Below, one piece after another: positions 1 through 7,784 of a stretch of 24,000 nt of DNA. The translations under genes were made by a program, and so were the position numbers. Position 1 is the first letter of the stretch. Every line of letters begins with the position of its first letter. The stretch lies in NCBI GenBank assembly GCA_012516785.1, contig JAAYWH010000096.1, forward strand, positions 1-24,000. Direction: 5' to 3'. The notes under the pieces are model-generated. The model ran no database searches and had not been told where the DNA came from. It worked only from the letters and a program-made list of their open reading frames with translations. Origin of the DNA: Methanomicrobiales archaeon. GTDB lineage: Archaea; Halobacteriota; Methanomicrobia; Methanomicrobiales; Methanospirillaceae.

Positions 1-365
1 ATCATCCAGTAGAGGAACATCTTTAAAATTCTTACAAAATCGTGTTGAGTATTGGTTTTCAGAGGATTTCCCGTTTCGGATTTCCCGGTTTTCATATTCA
101 TAATCCCTGTCATTAAATCGGTCATCGTCAGGGCAGGATATTCAACGGGAAGAAACCTTTTCCAATTTACGAGGGTGCTAGTAATTTTATTCCGTCTTGA
201 TGGACTGATATTACTTTCAACAGATTTCCACGTCACAAATTCTAGAATTAAACGTTCATCATTAGCGGTTATCAGACCTTTTCTATTTCCCCTCGCTATA
301 CTCCGTTCATAAGAATATTTTGAAATACCTGGATGAAAAGGAACTTCTTTTATTGTATCTGTCAT
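1..365 (-). CDS. Tyrosine recombinase / phage-type integrase, N-terminal 121 codons only (gene continues beyond the left edge)
   Basis: Own minus-strand translation: ATG at 365-363, preceded by an in-frame TAA (386-384), open to position 1. Sequence: MTDTIKEVPFHPGISKYSYERSIARGNRKGLITANDERLILEFVTWKSVESNISPSRRNKITSTLVNWKRFLPVEYPALTMTDLMTGIMNMKTGKSETGNPLKTNTQHDFVRILKMFLYWMI... It is absent from the ORF track because it has no stop in the window. The ...NTQHDFVRILKMFLYWM... segment resembles the N-terminal SAM-like core-binding domain of archaeal tyrosine recombinases. The catalytic domain lies outside the window. Confidence 0.5.
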   Translation of the reverse strand, partial: MTDTIKEVPFHPGISKYSYERSIARGNRKGLITANDERLILEFVTWKSVESNISPSRRNKITSTLVNWKRFLPVEYPALTMTDLMTGIMNMKTGKSETGNPLKTNTQHDFVRILKMFLYWM

Positions 366-574
366 GCGTGATTGTATTCCGTTTTAGGTAATAAGGATTT
401 TGACCACGAGTGGTTATATGCTCCATAGCAGCACTATTTTCTCTCTGATGGTTCTGTTTCCTGTCTTTCTGGTATCCAGCAGTACTAGCTCATCAGGTCT
501 AGTGAATTGGCCTGCGCTGCCACTTTCCCAGTAATCAGAACCTGATAACCGAGTATCCGGTAACGATTTACGGT

Positions 575-596
575 GAAAAAAAGGCGTAGCGCCTTG
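575..596 (-). terminator. Hairpin plus oligo-T terminator downstream of the PKD/TPR gene
   Basis: AAGGCG (581-586) and CGCCTT (590-595) form a perfect 6-bp stem with a 3-nt loop. On the minus strand it is followed directly by a T7 run (plus-strand A run 576-582). It begins 8 nt after the TAA stop at 605-603. Confidence 0.6.
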
Positions 597-602
597 TGCT
601 TT

Positions 603-2291
603 TTACCACGTGTTCACATAGTACCGTGCCACGTTGTTATATGCCAGAAGATCGCTGGCCGTTATCTTCTCTTCATTGGTGAGCGAACGCCTCTGATATT
701 CGATAAGTTCCTGGGTGGCTTCGTGATTCCTGTTCAACCCCGTAAGAATATACGCCCTGTCCCCGTGGATCCGGTAATCGGTTGGATCAAGTTCAGATGC
801 CGTCGCAAGCACATCAACCGAATGCTCATTCAGCGATTTGTCCCAGTATTTCCAGCTTGCAAGTCCTAGAGCATAATTCCGGTAGAATTCGGATATTTCC
901 GAATTGATCTCGATTGCCTGGTTAAAATCACTAAGTTCAGGAGAACGATCATCCACATTCATAAGAAATGCCCTTGTCATTCCCCTGATATTATATGCCT
1001 GTGCAAAGCGGGGCTGCAGGGAGATGGCCGTCGAATAATCCTTGATAGCATCGGAATAATCTCCCTTCTGGAACTTTTCAAATCCCCTCCATTCATAATA
1101 CCATGCTTCCGTGGGATCCTGTTCAATCGCCTTTGAAAATTCATTGATGGCTGAAGGATAGAGGCCTTCATGATCATAATACAATCCAAGGATAAAATGA
1201 GCACGCGGATTATCATCGTTCAGCCTGATTGAACGCTCAATATCCTTTTTTGCGGATTCAACCATCAGCGTGTTTGCTTTCTTTGCCGGATTCCCTGAAC
1301 CAATAACTAGTGTGGCATATGCTTTTCCGTTGATGGCATCGATATTATCCGGTTCGGTTTTAAGGACTTTGTTGAAGTCCTTGATTGCGTTCTCATAGTA
1401 GTTGAATACAGTATCATTTCCGATATACGACCGCCATGAATGATACTCCCCAAGGTAGATCCATGCTGCTCCCCTCCCGAGAAGTGCATCAATATTTCCA
1501 GGATCCTGATCGAGTGCACGGGTATAATCGTCAACGGCCATGAGCAGCTGTTCCTTTCCACGGAATTCATAGAACTGATAATATCCCGTCATGAATTCAG
1601 CCATTCCTCGGGCTACATACGCATCGGGAAAGCTCTGGTTTAGTGTAATCGATGTACTCAGGGCTTCAATTGCACCAGAGAGGTCTCCCTCTTCCATGAA
1701 CTGGGCACCTTCGATGAATTTTTGAAGGTAATCAGGAGATTCGATGACTCCGGGAATTGTTTCATTCACGTCAGGGATCGTGGCGGGAGTTATGACTGAT
1801 GGTATTTCCTCAAAAATATCAGGCTTATCATAACGCTCTACACTCACCTCTCCTTTCGTATCGATCGTAACCTTCTGCGTGATGCTGTCGCTTCCTTCGG
1901 CATTGCTCACTTTCAGGGTAACCAGTCCAACCAACGGGCCTTTAAAAAATTTTACCGGTTTTGGTGAAGAAAGAACAGATCCATCTTCAAAACTCCACTG
2001 GTAACTCAGATCCGATCCTTTGGAGGGGGTCCCGTCAAAAAAAACGCTGAACCTGGTTATCGCGCCTGCCTTTGCAGAAAAATTGGCCACGGGTACATCG
2101 GCAGAAGAGGCCGGGTCCTGATTTTCGTACGCAGGTTGGATACCGTGTCCGACCTGCAGTATCCCGGAAGATCCGGCAGCAGGATTACCCGTGTTCTCGA
2201 TGCTGCCGCAGAGGAAGCTTGCTCCAACAACGATACAGAATAACAGGATAGCAGAGGTAAACCCTGCAGGAGAGATTGATCGGATATTCAT
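603..2291 (-). CDS. Secreted or membrane-anchored PKD-domain + multi-TPR repeat protein (562 aa)
   Basis: ATG start with AGGAGG 10 nt upstream. There is an N-terminal hydrophobic signal/anchor (AILLFCIVVGASFLCG) and a PKD-like module (...DLSYQWSFEDGS...VTLKVSNAEGSDSITQKVTI). Then come about 8 TPR-like repeats (recurring A..Y..RG.A....G.Y..A..D...A...DP pattern). Confidence 0.85.
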   Translation of the reverse strand: MNIRSISPAGFTSAILLFCIVVGASFLCGSIENTGNPAAGSSGILQVGHGIQPAYENQDPASSADVPVANFSAKAGAITRFSVFFDGTPSKGSDLSYQWSFEDGSVLSSPKPVKFFKGPLVGLVTLKVSNAEGSDSITQKVTIDTKGEVSVERYDKPDIFEEIPSVITPATIPDVNETIPGVIESPDYLQKFIEGAQFMEEGDLSGAIEALSTSITLNQSFPDAYVARGMAEFMTGYYQFYEFRGKEQLLMAVDDYTRALDQDPGNIDALLGRGAAWIYLGEYHSWRSYIGNDTVFNYYENAIKDFNKVLKTEPDNIDAINGKAYATLVIGSGNPAKKANTLMVESAKKDIERSIRLNDDNPRAHFILGLYYDHEGLYPSAINEFSKAIEQDPTEAWYYEWRGFEKFQKGDYSDAIKDYSTAISLQPRFAQAYNIRGMTRAFLMNVDDRSPELSDFNQAIEINSEISEFYRNYALGLASWKYWDKSLNEHSVDVLATASELDPTDYRIHGDRAYILTGLNRNHEATQELIEYQRRSLTNEEKITASDLLAYNNVARYYVNTW

Positions 2292-2427
2292 AAAAATTCT
2301 ACCTCCTGACTGGAATTATAATGGTATCATCTTTCATACTGAAGAGTATATTCATTTCTTTCCGGCGTATTCATTGCATAAATTCATTTTCCAACCATGA
2401 ACAGGTGAATAATCTATATTTATCTCA

Positions 2428-2655
2428 ATGAAGAATACCGATCATATACCAGACATGATCGACAGAGTGAAAGTCCCACGCAAGGTGTATCAGGAGCTGA
2501 TGATGATAAATCGGGAAATTCATTACCCCGATGACTATCCCCTTGCAGTCAAAAAGGCTGATAACAACGGTTTTATCCATGCCGCAGAATGGCTGAAGAA
2601 GAATGAAGAACTCTATAAAAGGGGATTTGTCCGGGGATTTGAACCTGCAGACTGA
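2428..2655 (+). CDS. Small hypothetical protein (75 aa); possibly DUF5049-like, as seen in phage/plasmid contexts (uncertain)
   Basis: ATG-started ORF in an AT-rich spacer with no strong SD. The pattern ...VYQELMMINREI...AVKKADNNGFIHAAEWLKKNEELYKRGFVRGF recalls small phage-associated DUF5049 proteins. This is from memory only and is not verified. Confidence 0.55.
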   Translation: MKNTDHIPDMIDRVKVPRKVYQELMMINREIHYPDDYPLAVKKADNNGFIHAAEWLKKNEELYKRGFVRGFEPAD

Positions 2656-3165
2656 CTTTATGCAGATCGGTGTCTTGAACAAACGGGATTATACCTTGCC
2701 CGTTATTCAGTGTTCTACGGAAAAAAGTGAGAGCGCATCAACACTACTTTATTTTGAAAGTGTTTCTTAAAATCCATCTCTTCTTGGCTGCATCTGATAC
2801 GGAATGACAGAATATTCCCTTGTTTCAATGAACAATACGTTACTATCTTGATTTCCTTAAATATTCATCAAATCCATCTTTCAATCAAATTTTAAAAAGA
2901 ATTCTACTCGCCTGATATTGTGTTTTCCGTGTGATGTCTCTTATTTCCTGATACAAAATGACACCTTGGAAAATGAGAGTCGAACACGGAACTGTTGTGC
3001 GGCATCACCACGAAACATTCCGGAAATTTTTTTTTTGCAGGCGATAATTTGAGAGAAGTAATAATTATCAGATATTATTTCACACTAATTAATAAAGAAA
3101 TCGGTATTACTGGATACTTCACGGCGAAAGATAGGTATGCACGGCGGCCTTCGGGGGAATCTCAG

Positions 3166-3180
3166 CGAAACATTTAAATA
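3166..3180 (+). promoter_or_regulatory. BRE/TATA promoter for the tandem-repeat mini-protein gene
   Basis: TTTAAATA at 3173-3180 matches the archaeal TATA consensus TTTAWATA. It is preceded by purine-rich CGAAACA (BRE-like) and lies about 55 nt upstream of ATG 3236. Confidence 0.5.
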
Positions 3181-3235
3181 CCAACTTGCGTTATCACTTT
3201 TGTATAAACCAAAACTTAAAAATCAAGGTGAATTT

Positions 3236-3451
3236 ATGGGAACAAAGATTGGAAAAGAGAAAATCAAGCGTGAACCCGGGTACCTCTATTATCTGGGTAA
3301 GGATGGGTACGTATGGGCAGCACCAATGAAGAACAACAAAGGCGGAAAGAAGAAGAAGGTCGGGACTGAAAAGATCGCCCGAGAAAAAGGCTTCCTTTAT
3401 TATCTTGGCAAGGACGGGTATGTCGGCAAAGCCAAGATGAAGAACGCCTGA
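3236..3451 (+). CDS. Small lysine-rich protein (71 aa) made of two copies of a ~28-aa module (G.EKI.RE.G[YF]LYYLGKDGYV....MKN)
   Basis: The ATG at 3236 has AAGGTG 5 nt upstream. The track's 104-aa ORF from 3137 is an unsupported N-terminal extension. Module 1 is aa 6-33 (nt 3251-3334) and module 2 is aa 43-70 (nt 3362-3445). Across the core 25 residues, 17 are identical, and 8 of those identical residues use different synonymous codons (cgt/cga, ggg/ggc, ctc/ctt, ctg/ctt, ggt/ggc, gat/gac, tac/tat, gta/gtc). That is the signature of selection on the protein. An oligo-T run follows the stop. Confidence 0.75.
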   Translation: MGTKIGKEKIKREPGYLYYLGKDGYVWAAPMKNNKGGKKKKVGTEKIAREKGFLYYLGKDGYVGKAKMKNA

Positions 3452-3455
3452 ACTC

Positions 3456-3470
3456 TTCTTTTTTTCTTGT
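3456..3470 (+). terminator. Oligo-T terminator after the mini-protein gene
   Basis: A T7 run at 3459-3465 within cttctttttttcttg, 8 nt after the TGA stop. Confidence 0.5.
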
Positions 3471-3730
3471 TATCCTGAAGCAGAGAATTGCTCTCTTCGG
3501 AATTGTCTTTTCCACCAGCGGGTTTTTTTCCCAGACGCAGATTCCTAGCCTTGAGAGAAATAATAGGCCGGATCAACTTCCTGCCGAATCAGCCATATCA
3601 TATTGCAGGAATAAATGTCGGAGCGAAATCGTACCCATTTTATGGGCGGCCTAAATCCCCGACGTCCTGGTATCCGGCGTATATTTGTAATCAACTGAGC
3701 GCAACCTGTTTCTCTCCCCTGTGGATCTTT

Positions 3731-4426
3731 TTACCGGGCCTTGGCCTGGACCCTTGGGGCAATAAGTGTCCATATCCAGTCAGACAATTCCCTGATATTC
3801 TTTGTCTGGATGTATACTTCTCCAGGGCCTGTGATTTCAGTCACCAGGCCCTCCCCACCAAGGATGGTCTCCTTCAATCCGCCAAATTTCCGGACAACAT
3901 AGTGGCAACTATCGGAAAAGGCCACGAGATGAAAATTGTCAACAATGAGGGATTCATCTGGGGCCAGCACATGTTTGTCGATAGCACCGAAGGTATTGAT
4001 GAAGAGCAGGCCATTCCCTGTTGCTCTGATCATGAAGAGCCCCTGTCCAAACAGACCTTTGGTAAACCCTTCCCATTTCACATCGAGATCGACACCCTCC
4101 TGGGACGCAAGGTAGGCAGACTTCTGAACGAGAAAACCCTGGCCTTGAGAGACGGTGAGAGAATCGATATCACCGAGAGGAGCGGCTGAAAACGCCACCT
4201 CTCCTTTCTGTCCGGTTGCCACATATTCGTTGACAAAGAAACTCTGGCCGCCAACCAGTGCAAGGGAGAGCGATCCCCAGAAGCTCTTCTCACGTTTCTG
4301 GGTCTTTACGTCAATCACGGGCTGCATATATGTCATTGCACCCGATTCCGCTGTAAGGGAGTCGCCAGGTTCAAGGGTCACCACAAGCATTGAGTAGGAC
4401 GGTCCATACCGGATTTCGTAATGCAT
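3731..4426 (-). CDS. AIM24 / TIGR00266 (DUF124) family protein (231 aa)
   Basis: ATG start. The full-length sequence has typical family features (...GDSLTAESGAMTYM..., ...GGQSFFVNEY..., ...LVQKSAYLAS..., ...GLFMIRATGNGLLFINTFGAI..., GGEGLV.EITGPGEVYIQT). Confidence 0.85.
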   Translation of the reverse strand: MHYEIRYGPSYSMLVVTLEPGDSLTAESGAMTYMQPVIDVKTQKREKSFWGSLSLALVGGQSFFVNEYVATGQKGEVAFSAAPLGDIDSLTVSQGQGFLVQKSAYLASQEGVDLDVKWEGFTKGLFGQGLFMIRATGNGLLFINTFGAIDKHVLAPDESLIVDNFHLVAFSDSCHYVVRKFGGLKETILGGEGLVTEITGPGEVYIQTKNIRELSDWIWTLIAPRVQAKAR

Positions 4427-4443
4427 GCTTAACTTTGTGAATC

Positions 4444-4483
4444 CTCAAAACCATAAAAGGGATGGGCAATCCCGGGTTTTGAG
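4444..4483 (-). other. 40-nt two-tier hairpin between tRNA-Arg and the AIM24 start codon
   Basis: CTCAAAACC (4444-4452) pairs perfectly with GGTTTTGAG (4475-4483). The inner stem is GGGAT (4459-4463) with ATCCC (4469-4473), loop GGGCA. It ends 17 nt upstream of ATG 4426 on the minus strand. Confidence 0.4.
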
Positions 4484-4582
4484 CGATTTACCCGATAACC
4501 TTCCCCGGAAAAGACGCAGAATATGTTCATCCGTTCAATGAGATGCCAGCAGGAGGCACCCCATACTACCCGGAAAAGATAA

Positions 4583-4654
4583 CGCCCCGGCCGGGATTCG
4601 AACCCGGGTCGGAAGCTCCGGAGGCTCCCAGGATATCCACTACCCTACCAGGGC
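4583..4654 (-). tRNA. tRNA-Arg (anticodon CCG), 72 nt, no encoded CCA
   Basis: Hand-folded reverse complement: GCCCTGG-TA-GGGT-AGTGGAT-ATCC-TG-GGAGC-CTCCGGA-GCTTC-CGAC-CCGGG-TTCGAAT-CCCGG-CCGGGGC-G. It has a 7-bp acceptor stem (one G-U), a T-arm with the TTCGAAT loop, and anticodon loop CU-CCG-GA. The D/anticodon junction has one extra nucleotide and the variable loop has 4 nt, so confirmation with tRNAscan is advisable. Confidence 0.8.
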
Positions 4655-4852
4655 TGATAAAAGGCACATGGATGTGTCTCCATATGAACAGGATGTTGAA
4701 GAGTATAATAATTATGGGATTGCTCGCATGGTCCTCTGTATTCTATTGCTTCAAAGAAATGAAACTGACGAGGTGTTCCCCCTTTAGATGGAGGGAAAGA
4801 ACCCGGTGGATTTCTTTTCAATCGTAGTTCCGGATGTTGTTAGAAAAAAAGA

Positions 4853-5881
4853 TTATTGGTGCTTTTCTTTGTAGGTATGCCATATCTTGCAGGCACCCTC
4901 ATGGCTTACCATGCAGGGTCCAACAGGAGTTCTTGGTGTGCATACTCTGTCAAAAAGTCTGCATTCTGAAGGTTGAGCTATTCCCCGGAGCACCTTGTCA
5001 CAGATACAGGCGGTATGCTTGCTGACCTTCTTGAACTCTATCTCAAACTTCTTCTGGGCATCATAGTGCTCAAATTCTTTCTTGAGCCTGAGACCAGAGG
5101 CGGGGATAACCGGAAAACCCCGCCATTCCACATCGGCAGTCTCGAAAACCTGGTACATCAGAGCTTTTGCTTTTGGATTACCTTCTCTGCAGACTGCCCT
5201 GGGATAGGCATTATCGATTCGGTGAGCACCCGCTCTGACCTGCTGGACAAGCATCAGGAGTCCAAGCAGAATATCTTCGGCTTCAAAGCCGGCAACTACC
5301 TGAGGTACGGGGAACTGTTCATAATCCTGGTATCCGGTCACTGTACAGACATGACCTGGAAGCATGAACCCTTGGAGATGAGCTTCTCCCTGTTCGAGAA
5401 GCCACTTCATAGCTGGCGGAACAAGCCGGTGGCAGGAAAGGATACTGAAGTTTTGCGGCGGCTTTGAAAGAATGGTTGCGGCAACTGTAGGAGCCGTAGT
5501 TTCAAACCCGACTGATATAAATACCACTTCCTTGTCCGTCCCTTTTGCAATCTCTACTGCTTTATGGACCCCCTGGACAACTCTTACGTCCCCACCTGAT
5601 GATTCAAGTGAACCAGCACTACCGGGAACCCTGAGGAGATCTCCGTAGGTTGCCAGAATAACCCCCCGTTCGACCAGGTCAAGGGCTGCATCTATCTCTC
5701 CCTGCGGAGTAATGCAGACGGGGCACCCCGGCCCCATGACGATCTTCAGTCGTGCGGGCAACAGGCTCCGCAATCCATGGCGGGCAATAGCAGCTTCATG
5801 CGTCCCGCAGATGTGCATGAACGCGTAATCACGGTCGACAAGGTCATTGATCTTTTCAGAAATTTCTTTTCCGATAGCCAT
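4853..5881 (-). CDS. hypD: [NiFe]-hydrogenase maturation factor HypD (342 aa)
   Basis: Conserved HypD motifs are present: FMHICGTHE, GPGCPVCITP, SVGFETTAP, PGHV, and the C-terminal Cys cluster (HTACICDKVLRG...CRLF...CTPRTPVGPCMVSHEGAC). A T-run follows directly after the TAA stop on the minus strand. Confidence 0.95.
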   Translation of the reverse strand: MAIGKEISEKINDLVDRDYAFMHICGTHEAAIARHGLRSLLPARLKIVMGPGCPVCITPQGEIDAALDLVERGVILATYGDLLRVPGSAGSLESSGGDVRVVQGVHKAVEIAKGTDKEVVFISVGFETTAPTVAATILSKPPQNFSILSCHRLVPPAMKWLLEQGEAHLQGFMLPGHVCTVTGYQDYEQFPVPQVVAGFEAEDILLGLLMLVQQVRAGAHRIDNAYPRAVCREGNPKAKALMYQVFETADVEWRGFPVIPASGLRLKKEFEHYDAQKKFEIEFKKVSKHTACICDKVLRGIAQPSECRLFDRVCTPRTPVGPCMVSHEGACKIWHTYKEKHQ

Positions 5882-5888
5882 TCCTGAC

Positions 5889-5898
5889 TAAATATTTA
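5889..5898. promoter_or_regulatory. Palindromic TATA element (TAAATATTTA) in the 44-bp hypD/mscS divergent spacer
   Basis: Its centre is 32 nt upstream of ATG 5926, consistent with a leaderless or near-leaderless MscS mRNA. A second TATA-like element (minus-strand TATACTTAT, 5911-5919) is placed suitably for hypD. Confidence 0.35.
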
Positions 5899-5925
5899 CG
5901 ATTTGCAAAGATAAGTATACTCATA

Positions 5926-7029
5926 ATGAACAATGAAACAGGTCCGAATTCTACCCTGTTTGTCCCGACAGAGATATTCGGAATCTCAGGGAATTTTCTT
6001 GCGATAATCATTTTTTTGGCAGGGATTGTCATTGCATTTACGATGTATGGTATCGTAAAATGGTTAAAGAAAAAAGCTGATACCACGGAATCCAGAATTG
6101 ATGATATTATCCTCGCTTCCATTGGTACACCGGCTGTTATTGCAGTTCTGGTGATTTCAGTTTTTGCCGCACTCCAGGTGGCAAGCCTCCCACCCCGGCT
6201 TGAAGGGGTGGTGGAGAGCAAGTATTTCGAAGCGGTATATGTAATAATCGGTGCGTGGATCGTTTCCGGGTTTGTTCACAATTTCATCAGCATCTATGGT
6301 TCCCGCATCGCAGGCAAAGCCGGGAGCGATATCGATGAGAGGATGGTTACCATAGCTCTCACGATATCAAAATACGTGATATGGTTTGTCGCTTTTCTCC
6401 TCATCCTACTCGTCCTTGACATTGATATCACCGCTTTCCTGGCCGGTGCAGGGATTGTTGCAATAGCCATTGGCCTGGCTGCACAGGATTTTTTGTCAAA
6501 TTTTTTAGGGGGGGCAGTTATTGCTGTGGACAAGCCCTTCGAACTCTATGACCGAATAAAAATTGACCAGTATACCGGGGATGTTATGCATGTTGGTTCC
6601 CGCAGTACGAGGTTAAGGACTCTGGATAATCAGATTGTAACGATTCCGAATTCAACGATTACTAAAAGTTTTGTGGTGAATTATTCCACACCGGATGCAA
6701 GGATGAAAATCAGGGTACCTGTCGGAGTTGCCTGCGGTACTGATGTCCAGCAGGTAAAAAAAATACTGAATGACATCGCAATCGAACTGGCAGAACGTAT
6801 CCCTTTCATCCTCTCAGATCCTGAACCTGTGGTGTACTTCCTGGAATTTGGCGAGTCAAGCCTTAAATTTGAGCTCGATCTTTGGACGTCGGATGTTACA
6901 AAGACCTGGGAGGTCAGGGATGCGGTGAATATGATGATTGCGGAACGATTTACCCAGGAAGAGATAGAAATCCCCGTTCCAAGGATGGATGTCCGCATCA
7001 GAGATTCCAACAACAAATCCAATTTTTAA
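5926..7029 (+). CDS. Mechanosensitive ion channel, MscS family (367 aa)
   Basis: N-terminal TM helices are followed by the family core ...GIVAIAIGLAAQDFLSNFLGGAVIAVDKPFELYDRIKI...GDVMHVGSRSTRLRTLDNQIVTIPNS.... Confidence 0.9.
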   Translation: MNNETGPNSTLFVPTEIFGISGNFLAIIIFLAGIVIAFTMYGIVKWLKKKADTTESRIDDIILASIGTPAVIAVLVISVFAALQVASLPPRLEGVVESKYFEAVYVIIGAWIVSGFVHNFISIYGSRIAGKAGSDIDERMVTIALTISKYVIWFVAFLLILLVLDIDITAFLAGAGIVAIAIGLAAQDFLSNFLGGAVIAVDKPFELYDRIKIDQYTGDVMHVGSRSTRLRTLDNQIVTIPNSTITKSFVVNYSTPDARMKIRVPVGVACGTDVQQVKKILNDIAIELAERIPFILSDPEPVVYFLEFGESSLKFELDLWTSDVTKTWEVRDAVNMMIAERFTQEEIEIPVPRMDVRIRDSNNKSNF

Positions 7030-7183
7030 AATTCACTCCCCTTTCTTTGGACTTGAATTCCATCTCATGGAGAATATCTTGATCGTATTATCAGCGAAGA
7101 TCCGCGTTCCTGCCCCTTATGGGGAGATATTTCAGGCCATTATCTCAACAAATTCCCTCTTTTATTGTATCTTATCCGCAATC

Positions 7184-7191
7184 TTTTAAAG
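7184..7191 (+). promoter_or_regulatory. TATA box for tRNA-Thr
   Basis: TTTTAAAG at 7184-7191, with its centre about 34 nt upstream of the mature tRNA 5' end at 7222. Confidence 0.5.
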
Positions 7192-7221
7192 GGTTCACCT
7201 CCTAGGTTATTGGTGCACCGT

Positions 7222-7294
7222 GCCTCAGTGGCTCAGTCGGTAGAGCGTGTCCTTGGTAAGGACAAGGTCGAGGGTTCGATTCCCTCCTGAGGCT
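7222..7294 (+). tRNA. tRNA-Thr (anticodon GGU), 73 nt, no encoded CCA
   Basis: Canonical cloverleaf folded by hand: GCCTCAG-TG-GCTC-AGTCGGTA-GAGC-G-TGTCC-TTGGTAA-GGACA-AGGTC-GAGGG-TTCGATT-CCCTC-CTGAGGC-T. It is followed by a T-rich stretch (ctctttt). Confidence 0.9.
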
Positions 7295-7479
7295 CTCTTT
7301 TCCAATTCGTTCATTTCCCGGCAATTTTACCCCAGTTACCACGGGGTCGTCCTGTTTTCACAAGAACGTCCTCCTATCACTACAGATGAGGTTTGATCGA
7401 GTCATTTGACCGGAAAAGGTCTCATTCTATAAAATGGCGAAGTTACGTCAAGTAGCGGAAAGCATCTCGATTTCATGCA

Positions 7480-7725
7480 TCATACCGGATCCTGGGAAAG
7501 AGGTGTACAGGAGCTGTTCTCCTCTTTCACCATTGCAGGAGAACGATTCCACTCCCTTTCATAGAAGGTCTCTCTTGGGCGCTGCCCTCTGTAGAGTGTT
7601 GCCGTATAAGCCCCCCTGCCTGTTGCACCCGTCCATCTTCCCATCCAGAATGGCATGATTTCAATCCTCTTTATACGGGATACCTGGTCCCCAAAACCGT
7701 ATTCCCTTATCCGATAGTTGCGCAT
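7480..7725 (-). CDS. Doubtful small basic ORF (81 aa from ATG 7725, or 58 aa from ATG 7656, which has AGAGGA 8 nt upstream)
   Basis: It lies downstream of a good minus-strand TATA (7773-7780). I recognise no family. The composition is odd (R/W/Y/G-rich: ...MPFWMGRWTGATGRGAYTATLYRGQRPRETFYEREW...), and a 74-aa ORF overlaps it on the opposite strand. It could instead be non-coding or a decayed gene. Confidence 0.25.
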   Translation of the reverse strand: MRNYRIREYGFGDQVSRIKRIEIMPFWMGRWTGATGRGAYTATLYRGQRPRETFYEREWNRSPAMVKEENSSCTPLSQDPV

Positions 7726-7756
7726 AGATCATCAAAATAGATTTTTATGGGTAAGC

Positions 7757-7784
7757 TTCATCGGTCCGATGAATATAAAATAAA
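7757..7784 (-). promoter_or_regulatory. Minus-strand TATA (TTTATTTTATATTC) abutting a perfect 17-nt palindrome (putative operator)
   Basis: Plus-strand TTCATCGGTCCGATGAA (7757-7773) is an 8+1+8 perfect palindrome. The AT-rich element at 7771-7784 reads TTTATTTTATATTC on the minus strand, so the palindrome sits between the TATA and the expected TSS (~7750). Confidence 0.4.

Noticed and set aside
52-312. 86-aa TTG-started plus-strand ORF
   Set aside because: It is antisense to the integrase N-terminal coding region and has a hydrophobic, low-complexity translation.
366-600. att site or duplicated tRNA 3' half next to the integrase
   Set aside because: I found no match in this spacer or elsewhere in the window to the 3' halves of tRNA-Arg or tRNA-Thr. 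Only short local inverted repeats with 2-4-nt loops are present.
2940-3010. tRNA-like fragment (gagtcgaacacgg resembles the complement of a T-arm)
   Set aside because: No complementary T-stem, acceptor stem or anticodon arm can be drawn on either strand.
3488-4189. 233-aa plus-strand ORF
   Set aside because: It lies antisense to the well-supported AIM24-family gene and has low-complexity, implausible composition. It is a shadow ORF.
4543-4827. 94-aa plus-strand ORF
   Set aside because: It runs straight through the tRNA-Arg gene on the opposite strand, so it is spurious.
4973-5467. 164-aa ORF antisense to hypD. Similar long antisense ORFs occur in gatE (18391-18891, 19549-20019), the PAS gene (10372-10764) and the thioesterase (8145-8726).
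   Set aside because: These are typical shadow ORFs opposite well-conserved genes, with no start signals or recognisable motifs.
7300-7750. Could the ORF-poor region after tRNA-Thr be RNase P RNA or SRP (7S) RNA?
   Set aside because: I could not find the universally conserved strings on either strand: GAGGAAAGTCC-type CR-I for RNase P, or the GGAA/GNAR helix-8 motifs and GC-rich 5' domain for SRP RNA. The GC content is also too low for those RNAs.
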